DNA of 64,000 nt from Selaginella moellendorffii (taxonomy: Eukaryota; Plantae; Lycopodiophyta). Positions 1 through 12,035 of this stretch are shown piece by piece (position 1 is the stretch's first letter; the number at the start of each line of letters is the position of its first letter). Under the pieces are notes generated by a model. It was not told the DNA's origin, did not search any database, and saw only the letters and a program-made list of their open reading frames with translations. The position numbers and the translations under genes were made by a program. The stretch is taken from assembly GCF_000143415.4 (NCBI RefSeq), contig NW_003314267.1, forward strand, positions 3,030,028 to 3,094,027, written 5' to 3'.

Positions 1-2060
1 GGGAGACATGCTAATAACTGATTGGTAAGCATTATTGTGAGCAAACTGAAGCAAAGGCAAGTACTCCTCCCATACTCCATGTCGAGTCAAGTTTCTCACA
101 AAAGGCCTTAGTATATATTTTAATAGCTAATTCATGTGCTTTATCTGCCCATCAGATTGTGGATGCTCACCACTACTCATGCTCAACTTAGTCTTTACTT
201 TTTCATAGACTGTTTGCCAAAACTTGGACGTGAACTTGGGATTCCGATCACTCACAATGTCACCTGGCAAACCATAGAGATTGAATAACTAGTTTACAAA
301 CAATTAAGCAAATTCAAAAGCTTTTATTGTCGTGTTCACAAGGAAGAAGTGAACCATCTTTGTCAAACGATCCACAACAACCTAAATAGCATCATTTCCT
401 TGAAAGGTTTTGGGCAAACCAGTGATAAAGTCCATTGAGATGCTATCCCACTTATTCTTGGGTATACATAAAGGATGATAAAGGCTAGCAAGTTTCTGAT
501 GATCAATTTTGACCGCTTGGTAGGTCAAACAACCACATATGTACTTCTGAACATCTGATTTCATCCCAGGCCAAAAGAAATGCCCCTTCACCAACATATA
601 TGTTCTCAATACCCCCAGATGCTTGGCACTGAACACATCATGACACTCAACCAAAATCTATTTGATGAGTTTATCAATACGAAAAACCACTACACATCCT
701 TTTTTCACTAGGATTCTATCTTGTATTTCGAATGACACAAACTTGTCACCTTTTAAATCTGTAGAGGCATCTCTCAACAAAATCTTCACAAGAATGTAAA
801 AGAGTCAAAGTTAACAAACTCTTTAAACTCATCTAAGAGATCATTAGATAGCTTCATGAACGAGATAGAATTTACCATCTTAGATAATGCATTAGCCATA
901 TTATTATCACCTCCATGCTTGTACTAGATTTTAACAAACATTTCTTGTAGAAACTTTTGCTAATGAGCAAGATGGCCTCAAAGATCCACATCTGGAGAGA
1001 TTGATAATCTGAATATACATGGAAGTCTGATCTATACAGATAATGTTGCCATTCCTTTAGAATGGCAATCATTACATACAACTCCTTATTGCGAGTAAGT
1101 TAATTCCATTGTGTGGCATTAAACTTGTGGCTCATGAATGTGATAGAATGCCTAACTTGAAGCAATATAGCCCCAAAAACACTATCACTCACATCATTAT
1201 TTATAATTTCCACCATAGTCACCTTATCATTCATTAGCCCCTTTAAAACAATCCTTGCTCTAATGTCTAGTCATGTGGCAATGAAAACAATTGCTCTTCA
1301 CCTTGTCTTTCTCTCACTGGTCCAAACGAAGCTTCATAGCCTCACTACCATGTTTATTCTTCGAGCCACAACGGAACAATAGTTATTTCTTCCCTGAATA
1401 TGAAGTATTGGCAAGCTGGTTATCACGTTGACTACACCGTAGACCATCCCGTTGACCATAATTGACCAAGTTGATCGACAGTTTGAGCAAAAAGATCTAA
1501 GCCTTAGTGATAGCATCAATCAATATTGCTAGAAAATCCTTCTTAACCTTTTGCTACACATCCACTGAGCTCAATCCTTTAATGAAACATTGCACCTTTA
1601 GCAACTCATTATGGTGCCTGTGAGATTAAGGCAAAGATCACGGAACTTGCGGGCATACATATCCAAAGACAAAGTCCCCTGCCGGATCTTTAACAGCTGG
1701 TTCACGAAATCAACCTCTTCAAACTTCTTGACAAATAAAGTGTGGAAAACTTTTGTCAAATTAATTCAAGAAGTCGACTTCGGATTAGCTTTGATGTAGT
1801 TCTTCCACTACGAAGAAGTATGGCCCGTAAGCTTTGTCACAAAGAAATTTATCTTCACTTTATCCTCATAAGGATTGTGAAACTAACAACTTTCCCACAA
1901 TTCCAACAAAAAATTGACTATTATAATTATTCAGTAATGATTTCCATTCCACAATACCATAATCTTTAGCATGTTTAATATACCAATAGTAATCACAGAC
2001 ATAAGATCAATTCAACTCTTGAGGATTCATGCGAGGTAAGAAATCCTTAATGAAATTGAC
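1..2060 (-). mobile_element. Decayed Ty3/Gypsy LTR retrotransposon (gag, RNase H, integrase remnants)
   Basis: ORF 382-654 has integrase HHCC and WDSISMDFITGLP. ORF 872-1081 is RNase H-like (AILKEWQHYL..SDYQSL). 1500-2060 resembles the gag region at ~50050-50720. Many stops; boundaries approximate. Confidence 0.85.
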
Positions 2061-2127
2061 ATTAACTGCTTTTATGTCGCTTTGAACTTCAGAAATCTAG
2101 AACGTTAGAACAAAACCTAGAAACCTA

Positions 2128-2226
2128 AACCTAGAAAAAAATGTAAGCCCAAAATGAAACAAGCGCAGCAAACCCGTGCACTGCGCTCCTCCCATGTGTG
2201 GTAGATCCCAGGCTGCCGTCCACACA
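2128..2226 (+). repeat. 99-bp dispersed direct repeat, copy 1 (copy 2 at 11885-11983)
   Basis: aacctag...gaaacaagcgcagcaaacc.gtgcactgc.ctcctcccatgtgtggtagatcccaggctgccgtccacaca; about 7 mismatches between copies. Confidence 0.9.
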
Positions 2227-2239
2227 GCACGGCAGACAC

Positions 2240-3622
2240 TTTCTTGGGCATCTTCTCAATGCTGTGGTTCGCCCAGAATTCAAATCATTGAAGACTATGC
2301 TCAAGAACTCAACAAAAACCTTCATTAAAATGCAAGTAGCTCTTATCAATGAAGAAGAACCAGCCGAAGACCAGACACCTGCAGATACAACCACAACCAC
2401 AGCTTTGTTTGTCAACTCAAAGCAAACAAAGAATTCTCCAGGTAGAGGAGGCAGCGAGCAACACTGTGAACAGCTTCAAGGCTAGCAATGTTGGAGACAG
2501 CAACTCACTTGAGCGTAAAGGTGAGTGCAATTATTGTAAGCGGGTCGGACACTATGCCAGAGAATGCCGAGACAGGTTAGCAGGGCGTCCTTGAGGATTG
2601 GGGAGAAAGAACGCCAAGACTGGCTATACAAACCAGTCAAGAGCTCTCATGGTAAGAGCTATTCCAGAACCTGTGTTTGTTCAGCAGCAGGATCAAGACG
2701 TAATCTGGCTGGAGATAGCAGCAAAGATGCACATGACTGGCAGGCGAGAAGCTTTCCTGAACCTCAGGAAATTTTTACAGGCAGGCAGGTTGGTTTAGAA
2801 GACAAGAGTCTTCTGTCAGTTGTCACAGTTCAAGTAAAGCTCGACATATCAGGAACATGTATTTTGTTCCAGGCTTGGCATATCATCGGTGCAGCTTCTA
2901 ACAACGGTTTCTATTTTATTTTTAACGCCAAGCAGGCTATTATGCAAGACAAGAAGACAGATCAAGCAGTGGCTTATGGACAACACTATTCTGGACTTCA
3001 TAAACTCAACGCCACCATGGTTGTTCCAGACAAGCAGCCGGATAGAGCACTTTCAACTCGAGCGAGTAATTTCCAGTTGTGGCATGAGTGTCTAGGCCAT
3101 GTGCATGAAGACGCCCTCAAAGCAGTGTCCAGAGATCAAGCACATGCACAAAAATTCGAGTTTACAGGCAAGTTTGAATTTTGTGAGGCTTGTGCGCTAG
3201 GAAAACAAGCATGCACATCATTTCCAAAGTTTTCAGAATCCAAGAGCAGTCAGCCTCTTGAGCTCGTTCACACAGATGTGTGTGGGCCTTTCCATGTCCA
3301 AAGCCATCGTGGAATGAGGTATTTCTTGACATCCATCGATGACTACTCACACTACACAGTCGTGAGACTTTTGGCCAAGAAATCTGAAGTTCTTGATCAC
3401 TTTAAAGTTTACAAGACTTCAGCTGAAAATCTTCTTGGTAAGCTTTACGCAGTGACAAAGGTGGCGAGTACACATCAGCAGTTTACAGCTCCAGATAGTC
3501 CTGCTCAAAACGGAGTTGCTGAAAGAATGAACCAGACTCTTATGGAGAGTGCACGTAATATGCTTAGTCACGTAGGAATGCCACTAACGTTCTGGGCCAA
3601 GGCGATTAATACATGTAATTAA
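2240..3622 (+). mobile_element. Ty1/Copia gag-pol fragment (zinc knuckle, GAG-pre-integrase, integrase)
   Basis: CNYCKRVGHYAREC knuckle; LWHECLGH, CEACALGKQ, LELVHTDVCGP, PAQNGVAERMNQTL; interrupted by stops and frameshifts. Confidence 0.92.
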
Positions 3623-4312
3623 TCACAGCTGCCTTCTTTTATAGTGCAAGTCTTGTACTTGAGATGAAACATAAAAAATCCATAATTAAAAGTTACAACA
3701 TAGCTTGATATGGGAGGTTCTAGGTGTTCTAGCACAACCCACTTGGTTTTAGATCAAAGGACCAGGATAAAAAACAGAACTGTTCAAAGGCTGGCTTTTT
3801 CTTCTAGATTTCCTATATGAGTTTTAACCAGTGAAGTTCTACAGAATTTTAGTTTTTTTCAATGACTTACTATAAAGTGGCAAGAAGAAATTGAAGAGAG
3901 GTGGTGGAAGTTTACTGAGGACCCAAGTTGCTTTATTCTGCTCAACATGGATATTGAGTTCAGAGTCATTGCTTTTGGAACACATCAAAAGCATCTTGGG
4001 GGTTCTTCTCGCAGAGGAACTTCTTGCATGCTCTCTTTTGATCACAAAGCATTTGGTGTGAAGAAACTGCTAAAAGAGAGAAAGAAATGGAAAATCTAAC
4101 ACATAATAGTAAAGTGTGGCATAAAGTATAATTTTTTGGCCAAAGCAATGCCAATAAGTGAGATCTATGAATTTAGTTTCCTGTTGTGCATACTCAAAAA
4201 TTTGAGAGTTAAGAAATCCAGACTATTATAAAGCAACATAGATAGGTGAGAGCTGGTGAATCTTTAATTTTCAAGCCCGTAAGGGGAACAAAGGTAAGAT
4301 TCCTTCCAAACC

Positions 4313-4960
4313 ATGAAGAAAAATCACAAATGCATGGCTTGCACTCTCCTGCTCTTGCTCTTGGTTGTCCCTGCCATTGTTACTGCTAGTGTTTTTCTAG
4401 CCCGCTGTCACCACCACTGCTCAGCCAAACCAGTCCCACCAAGTGAAGAAGCTCCGGAAGCATGGGACGAAGTCTCTAAGCTCTCACAGCATGATCCCAA
4501 GTGTCTGGCACTTTTCAACTCACCACAATCTCCACCAAAACCTATGGATGCCTGCCTCCATCCCCAGCTGGAAGCCATCGCCCAAACTTCCAACACTCAG
4601 CCCTCGGACACCAAAGCTTGGGGCCTAGTGTACAAGGAAGACACCTCCACTAACAAACACCTTATGGTTGTGTTTTGGGGCACCTCCACCCAGGCAAACA
4701 TGTGCATCAATTGGATCCTGTTTGGAGAGGTACCAAGGACATTACTTCCCAGCCTGACCTCTTGCCTCTCCTACATCTCCCAGGTGTGAGCTACACACAC
4801 CAAGCTGTGGAGGTGTATCCAAACACATCGCTTCTACTCATTGGGTGCTGGACTCACAGTTCTCGTCTAGGCATCACTGGCGGACCTGCTGCTGCTGTTG
4901 CTTTCAGCAGCCCGGGAGCTAGAGGCTCATTGGAGTCGCGGTCCTTTCAGCTCTATTAGG
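4313..4960 (+). pseudogene. Class-3 (possibly ATG15-like) secreted lipase pseudogene
   Basis: Hydrophobic signal-like N-terminus. LMVVFWGT resembles the lipase-3 VVAFRGT strand. Another frame gives YPNTSLLLIG...PAAAVAFSSPG; the GHSLGG nucleophile motif is destroyed. Confidence 0.5.
4565..4724. repeat. ~160-bp inverted repeat, left arm (right arm 6950-7108)
   Basis: cagctggaagccatcgcc...ttggatcctgtttg is nearly the exact reverse complement of 6950-7108. Confidence 0.93.
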
Positions 4961-6374
4961 AGATGAAGCGTAACATGTAACAGGTGGGATTCCATGGTCA
5001 CAGCATCATGGGAGCAACAAGTTGGCATGGTTTGCTTGGTGTAGCACCAGGGAGCATCGGACAGTGCAGCTTGTTCAATGAGTGATGGGAGCTCCTTCCA
5101 GACACACAGCCCAAATGGGATTCTCAATAAACTACAGAGAGGAGACAAGTCTACGTGCTTAGTGCATTAGAGAGTGAGTAAAAACTTACTGTGCATCTGT
5201 GAGGTGTGTGTGACTCGCAATAAACAGCCATCCTAGATTTGCTAGAATGCAAACACATGAACCATCACAATGTTAGGCTCACTGGATTTTGTTGTATTGA
5301 TCACGATGCCATTGAGTTTCACTGGACTGGAGAAACGTCGCAAGGCACCTTGGATTCACTCTAGAGAAGCAGCACATTGGTTTTTTTCTTCTGAGCAATA
5401 CCTGTATCATTCAGAAATTCTGAACACTCTCTTGCATTTTCTCCAGGTACTTCAGCACTTTTTTCTTTACAGAAGATTGCTCAACAAAAAACCAGCAGTA
5501 TCGAAACTATAAACTAAATTATAAGGATTCAAGTGATTACGAAAGGAATACAATCATCCACGGGGAGAGCATATGAAGGGCCAGACAGCCTGGAAACATG
5601 TTGATCTTGTACCATGATATGAAAATCACTCATCTGAGTGTGGCGCTTTTCATGGGCCAATTGCAGCTCTAGTTCTTTTATCTGAAAAGAAAATTATAAA
5701 AATCCCTTCTCAACAACTACCTTTTCTATATAGAAACACTGAGGGGCTTTACCTTGCTTAGATTTGCTATTACCTGAACAAATTGAAAACATAAGTTAAA
5801 ATAGCATAAATATTGTACGACTTTTCTAATCGACTTTGTAGAGCATTGTCCTCTGTGAGCTACATCTTCAAAACATACAGATGAGCACGTAGGGCAACTA
5901 CACAGCATCATATTTTCAAATGGAAAGCTTTTGATAGCCTTGTAATCCATTACTAGATCTTGGTGTCCACCCTGTTTAAATTCTGGTAAAGGACGTCCAC
6001 ATGTGATGTTTTGAGGACAAATCAAAAGACTCAAAATTTGAGTTCCTTCCTTTTCTTTATCATGTCTGTAATTTGAGGGATAAATATTTCACAGCCACTG
6101 CCTTAAAATAACCTGCTATTTTTTTTTCCTCTGGTTAAACATCCAGTATAGAAGGATGCCAAACACAAAGATAGTCTTCACAATCTGAAACAAAAGGCTG
6201 AGCTTTTTCTAAACAGATTCAGTAACATACTAGTTTTGATAAAATAAGAGTCTTCAGATTCTGATTTGAGGGAACGACCGCATTTCTCTTCAGCTACAAT
6301 GGATGTGGGATATATCAATTCAAAGTTATTGAGGTGAACCCCGCAGTGGGTGCTACAAAATTTCGCTCGAGAAC

Positions 6375-6680
6375 GTGGTGAAGAAGACGAGCGACCTGGA
6401 GAGGATTGTGCCGCCGTATCACATCTATGATGAGCACACGGGGGACATCGTTCTGACGATTAGGGGGCTCAACCTTCGGCGGGAGAACGACTACTTGGTT
6501 CTTTGGGACAACAAGCTTGGCAGGCAGGAGTTTCTGGATGGCTATGTCCACCATGGATTGCTCAGAGCTGCGGTGTGGCTGCTCTACCAGGAGAAGGAAA
6601 CGCTGAACCTCCGGCGGGAGAACGACTACTTGGTTCTTTGGGACAGCAAGTTTGGGTTTCTGGATGGCTATGTCCAGAAG
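6375..6680 (+). pseudogene. Fragment of mono/di-acylglycerol lipase-type class-3 lipase with internal re-duplication
   Basis: PPYHIYDEHTGDIVLTIRGLNLRRENDYLVLWDNKLGRQEFLDGYVHHGLLRAAVWLL; ~6471-6550 is repeated at ~6606-6676. Confidence 0.8.
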
Positions 6681-6719
6681 ACGAGCTGGGTACTGAATGT
6701 GAGCGCGCGGGGTGTTTGG

Positions 6720-6940
6720 CAGACTTTCCGACTGGAACATCGTGATCGTGTGGCGAGGAACCGTGACTGGAGTGGAGTGGCTGGAGAATCTCCAGGACTA
6801 TCTCATGCCAGTGGGTTTGGATCCGCGGGACAGATCCACGGCGGGCGTCAAGGTGGAGAGTAGCTTCCTCGACATCTACATGACCAGCAAGTCCCGGAGC
6901 CGATACAACAAGTTGAGCGCGCGGCAGCAGCTCATCTGCG
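6720..6940 (+). pseudogene. Fragment of DAD1-like phospholipase A1
   Basis: NIVIVWRGTVTGVEWLENLQDYL...VKVESSFLDIYMTS...RYNKLSARQQL matches plant PLA1-I consensus. No start and no catalytic Ser motif. Confidence 0.8.
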
Positions 6941-6949
6941 CCCTGATCG

Positions 6950-7108
6950 CAAACAGGATCCAATTGATGCACATGTTTGCCTGGGTGGAGGTGCCCCAAA
7001 ACACAACCATAAGGTGTTTGTTAGTGGAGGTGTCTTCCTTGTACACTCGGCCCGAGCTCCGGTGTCCGAGGGCTGAGAGTTGGAAGTTTGGGCGATGGCT
7101 TCCAGCTG
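6950..7108 (-). repeat. Inverted repeat, right arm (inverted copy of lipase segment 4565-4724)
   Basis: Minus-strand ORF 6562-6999 begins with the same MGHLHPGKHVHQLDPV peptide as plus-strand ORF 4675-4959. Confidence 0.93.
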
Positions 7109-7929
7109 TGCTTTCTAGAGTTTACAGCTATAACTTTCAACTGATTATGTTAAAATTAATATTAAAATGCTTAATCTTGATGTTAAAATGCTTGAAAATT
7201 CAATGTGCCCAAAAATGTTCTATACTTTTCCCAACAGAGCTGGGATCCCAGATAGTAATTATTTTGTAAGTTATTAGAAAATAACCATTCTTGAACTAAT
7301 TTATATTGTAAAAAGTATCCTGGATGTTTACTTTCGACATAATCAGGACAACTAACTTGTAACTAATTAATATTAGCATCAAAAAGTCTTTGAAATCTAA
7401 CTATCAAAATACTACCTTTAAGAGCTTCTTTCGCTATTATCTATTGAAACATCCGAAACAAAGAAACTTTTCTATCACACCCGTCATCTCCATGAAGAAC
7501 CAATCCTCGTAAAAGACTTGCGATCACGCAATCCGCCTATACACAAGGAACTCTTCCTGTTCTTCCGCCTCCTACACTGCCGACCGATCCATCGCTCGAG
7601 TGACTCAATTGTGGCGAGGGTTGGGATCGTTTTCTTGCAGAGGTGATCGGCGTCGTACGGGGAAGAAGATGATGCTGCTTGCTCCTGCAAAGTCGCGGTG
7701 ACCTCCATCACCATGGATGGCGCTCTGGAATCAAGCCTCGGATCGCTGCTGCGGGGAATTGCGCCAGAGATTTTGTAGCACCCACTGTGGGGGCATAAAA
7801 ATTTGTGGGTAGCACACAATCACATTCTGGATTTCTCTTGACCTAAGAATGGGGGAAGCGTAGCCAGTTCAGCAATAGATTCTGATGCTCTGCCCACATT
7901 GACAACTTTATGTAGATTATTAAAGTGCT

Positions 7930-9500
7930 TTGGTTGAATGGCAAACTACGGCTCTAGAGTTGAATTCGCAATCTAGTGCCTACCCAGCCTCTTGCAGATA
8001 TTCCTTATTGTCTTTGGACCGGGAAGCAAGTCAGCTTGAGACATCTACGAGTTTTTTATGCAAAAGTTTCTAACAGTCATCGCAGAAAATTGGAGCCGAA
8101 GAGCATTCCTTGCATCATGGTTGGCTATTGTCTCGAGACTAAAGCTTATCGTCTTTACAACATGGCCACCAGATCAATTCTTATCAGCAGAGATGTCCAG
8201 TTTGATGAGAATTCTCTTTACAAGCATTGTTATAAAAATCCTGAGACTCCATCTTATGTTTTACTTTATGATGAAGAGGACGTTTCTAGGGCATCTGGGC
8301 CGCAGCCGCACTCCTCAGCAGCAGGTCGAAGCAGAGTCGCAGCCCCCACTCGAGCCTAGTCCTGTCACACCCGAGCAAGAAGATGAAGCAGTTACGCCAT
8401 TTGATGACGCCTTCATTTTTCCAGGTTTGTTTGATGAACCAGAGGAGGAGGAGTCTCCACCAGGGCAGCCGCAAGCAGAGCCTAGTACTCCTGTGGCTGC
8501 AAGATCTCAGCAAGAAGCCGATCCAATTATTCCCAGCAAACCTTATCGGACTGTCACACGCAGCTATTTATCGCAAGCAGCTCAAGATGCTCAAGACTCC
8601 GGCCTCAAATTGCTGTCAGTCATGGAGCAGCTTCCTTCTGAACCAGGCACAGTTTGTGTAGCTCTCCAATCACCAGAAGCAGGACAGTGGAAGGCTGCTA
8701 TGCAGGAGGAGTACAACTCTTTGGTACGTAACAAGGTTTGTGAGTTTGTTTCTCTTCCACCAGGCGGGAAAATTGTCAGTACCAAGTGCAAATTGGATGC
8801 CATTCGAGCAGTGACTCGACATCGAGCTCGCTTTGTAGCAAGAGGATTTAGTCAAGTACTTGGTGTGGATTTTTCTGAGACTTTTTCGCAGGTGGCTAAA
8901 ATGTCTTCTATAAGAATTATTGCAGCATATTGGGATCTGGAGTCCATCAGCTTGATATCAAGATGGCCTTTTTATATGCTAAGTTTAAGGAGGAAGTCTA
9001 TATTTCTCAGCCAAATGGATTTATTATCCTAGGACAGGAACCTAAGGTGTGTCGACTTAAGCGTGTGGCTTGAAGTAGGCTCTTAGAGTGGTATGAGCAC
9101 ATGGACAAGTTTCTTTCCTCCATTAACTTTAAGAAGGATAGCAATGTGTATATTTCTAGCTTTGGAGCTGCGACAGTACTTATCCCAGTTTAAGATTTCA
9201 GCGACTGGACATCTTTCTTATTGCCTTGGGATCCAGGTGCTTTGGGACAGAGAAGCATCGGTCATCGAGCTCTCTCAAGCACATTATGTTGAAGAAATCT
9301 TGCACAAGTTCAACATGCAAGATTGCAAGCCCATGACAACGCCCATGGATCCAGGTCTTGTGCTGTCTATTGAGCAAAGTCCCAACTGTGAGGAGGAGAA
9401 AGCAATGATGGTGAAAGTTCCATATCGACAAGCAGTTGGATGCCTTATTTATCTAGCCATCAGTACTAGACCAGATGTAGTTGGAGCAATCTACAACATT
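7930..9500 (+). mobile_element. Ty1/Copia pol fragment (integrase C-terminus, SH3-like region, reverse transcriptase)
   Basis: HLRVF..KLEPKSIPCIMVGY..KAYRLY..ISRDVQFDE; WKAAMQEEYNSL; RARFVARGFSQVLGVDFSETF; YRQAVGCLIYLAISTRPD. Confidence 0.92.
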
Positions 9501-11511
9501 TCCTTCATTTGGCATATTAATCATTTCTTACTTTCATAATTTTCATTCTTAAGTATATATTATCCTCCTCATAGTATGTGTAGTTTAGAATCTTACATTT
9601 TTTTTTGGTGTCTCTAATAATTTCTTCAAAATCTAGTCTTGAATATTCCCCTATTCTAAAGAGTTTATATTGAATGTATTTCCCTAATAATGAATGTTGT
9701 TAAGAGGCTTTGTCTTACAGCTAAAGAGTCTATCTATTCCCTTGAAATTGCAAAAGCATTTTCACTTTCCCATATTAAGTATTGACTTTAATGTTAAGGA
9801 AGTTGAGCAATATAGGATAAAGTATTTTATAATAGGATGTTCTATAATATTAAGCCCTTTAGGATATAATTTTATTCTTTTTTCTATGCTTTTGCATTGA
9901 ATATTATTGAGAATTCCTCTTCTAATAATTCTTTATCCACTAATTCTATTTCCACTTATTTTTATTCTTGATTCTTTCCACTTTCTCCTATTTGCCCTAA
10001 TATTTTAAACATTTTTGTCTTTGGATGAGGGGGTAAAGTAGATAAAAACTTGACCCTAATGATAAAAAGATGACAAGTGACAATAATATTGGAGTGAGGA
10101 TGAATGGCATAGATTGTAGAGTGAGAATAAGTTTAGAAAGTCTTAAAAGATTATACAATTCGATGAGTGAGGTCAAATATATTAAAATTTTAGAGAGTGG
10201 AAGTTTTTTTCTTGCATAGAACTCTGCCCTAAGAAGAGTCCTTTATCTACTCTTTCTTCACTCTTAAAAGGAAAAAGAGTTTTTAAACTTTAGCTTTATT
10301 CAAACTTGCTGCATTTTATCCTCACTCTACCATCTATATTTAACCGCACTTCATTATTATAGGTTACATGTAATTAAAAATGCTATATTATTAATATAGT
10401 TTTTGCTAATTTTTTTAATTTTTATAAGTAATGATTACTCCATTTTATTTGTTTACTAAGTTCCAGGCACTAGGAGAAAAAAATTTTGGGTGGGGGGGGG
10501 GACACACACTAGATTCCCCCCCTTCCCCCAATTCCAATCCTAGATCACTAATGGGGTGTATGGAACAAAATTCCCCCCCTTTAAAAACATCCCCCATAGG
10601 GACATATAAAGCTTTGGCCTTATATACTATACTAGATAAAGATAAAGATCATAAATCCAAGTTAATATAGGCCTTGGAAGCTGACTAAAGAGAAGAGGTA
10701 AAAATAGGTTTTATTGATAAGTCTAAGCTAGATTTAGAGGCTCCCTAAAGGGCAAATATAAAAACAAGATTTTCCATTTATTACAGTGATGTTTGGTGAA
10801 CAGTTATTCTTGAAGTTCTCTACTTTCGTTATAGTTTCAAAGTATTTGGTAGATATGCAGAAGGTTATAATTGGTTAAATGGGATTTCATAGTTAGTTGA
10901 TATCTATGCCATGGATTTGTGGGGTAGATCCATCGGGGCCTCGCATTGAGATTAATCTTGTATTTATAATTTATAAACATGTTTATAATGTAAACTTTCA
11001 TTTGATCCATTGGATTAATAAATCTACTATTAAGAAACATAAGTGTTGTTGTGATACACTACTATTAAATGTTGCTGCATGCACCATATCCAACATACAA
11101 TAAATTATTCAATATAGTAATAGTTTTAAATTTTTATTTACATAAATATGACTATGTATAAATAATTTTTAAACATAAATCACATAGATGTTTCATATAA
11201 ATAGCTAGCTAGAACATGAAAAAAATTCAGGCCAAAGTAGATAAACAGATCCTCTGATGCAAACATCAGAAGTCTACCATCGGTTTCTGCAAAACACCAA
11301 ACTCAAAATCAACACATGCTCACAAAGAATCCTAGCTACTGGAGGTGGAAAATTAGAATCCATGTGAGGAGGCTGAACATTAGAATCCAACTGCTGGGGT
11401 GTCACCACACGATCTACGGCATCCAGCACTTCCGCCCAATCAGAGGGGGGCATCGCTCAATGCGAGGTAAGTTTCTGCTTCCGCGCGCGTCGCAAAACCC
11501 TTAAACTGAGC

Positions 11512-11861
11512 CATAGCTTCAAAACACGAACACGGCATTCAATTTTTTGAACACGAACACAGAACACGGAAATGAACACGGATAAACACGGGTGAAAACA
11601 CGAATATTCTCTAGAATATTCTACTTATCACTCCATCTCATCTAAAAGCTCCTCATTAGCAGGATCATCATCTTCGTCTTCGTCCTCTTCTTCCATGGCT
11701 TCAATATCAACATCAGTAATTTGAGGAATACTTCCTGTCTGGCTCAAGTCACTTGGAGCATTGACCGAGTCAATGAACACGGCCTGTGTTAACACGGCTG
11801 GGGGCCGTGTTCATGTCACCACGCCAACATGCCGTGGTGCACGGCATGTTTTGAAGCACTG
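11512..11861 (-). mobile_element. 350-bp non-autonomous hAT DNA transposon derivative
   Basis: TIRs catagcttcaaaaca / tgttttgaagcactg (13/15). 8-bp TSD aactgagc (11504-11511) / aaccgagc (11862-11869). Many subterminal AACACG motifs. Internal acidic coding remnant on the minus strand. Confidence 0.85.
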
Positions 11862-11884
11862 AACCGAGCACCAGGGTAGCGATG

Positions 11885-11983
11885 AACCTAGGATAAAATG
11901 TAAATCCAGAATGAAACAAGCGCAGCAAACCTGTGCACTGCACTCCTCCCATGTGTGGTAGATCCCAGGCTGCCGTCCACACA
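11885..11983 (+). repeat. 99-bp dispersed direct repeat, copy 2, just upstream of ZNHIT6
   Basis: ~93% identical to 2128-2226. Confidence 0.9.
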
Positions 11984-12020
11984 CATTCTTGGGCGAGTGA
12001 AGACTTAGGGTTCTTGGGTT

Positions 12021-12028
12021 TAGGGTTT
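12021..12028 (-). promoter_or_regulatory. Telo-box (AAACCCTA) just upstream of the ZNHIT6 ATG
   Basis: TAGGGTTT at 12021-12028; telo-boxes are typical of plant ribosome-biogenesis genes. Confidence 0.55.
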
Positions 12029-12035
12029 TGTTGCG

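Noticed and set aside
2177-2200. Resemblance of tgcactgcgctcctccc to miR408
   Set aside because: Several mismatches and an indel, no miRNA* arm, and it lies in a dispersed repeat.
4565-7108. Pack-MULE interpretation of the inverted repeat
   Set aside because: The arms are lipase coding sequence and there is no 9-11-bp TSD.
10488-10530. G-run/C-run hairpin
   Set aside because: Low-complexity sequence in AT-rich decayed repeat DNA with no supporting context.
2128-11983. The two 99-bp repeats as LTRs of one Copia element
   Set aside because: No PBS, PPT or TSD. The Copia pieces overlap slightly in domain content and may be separate elements.
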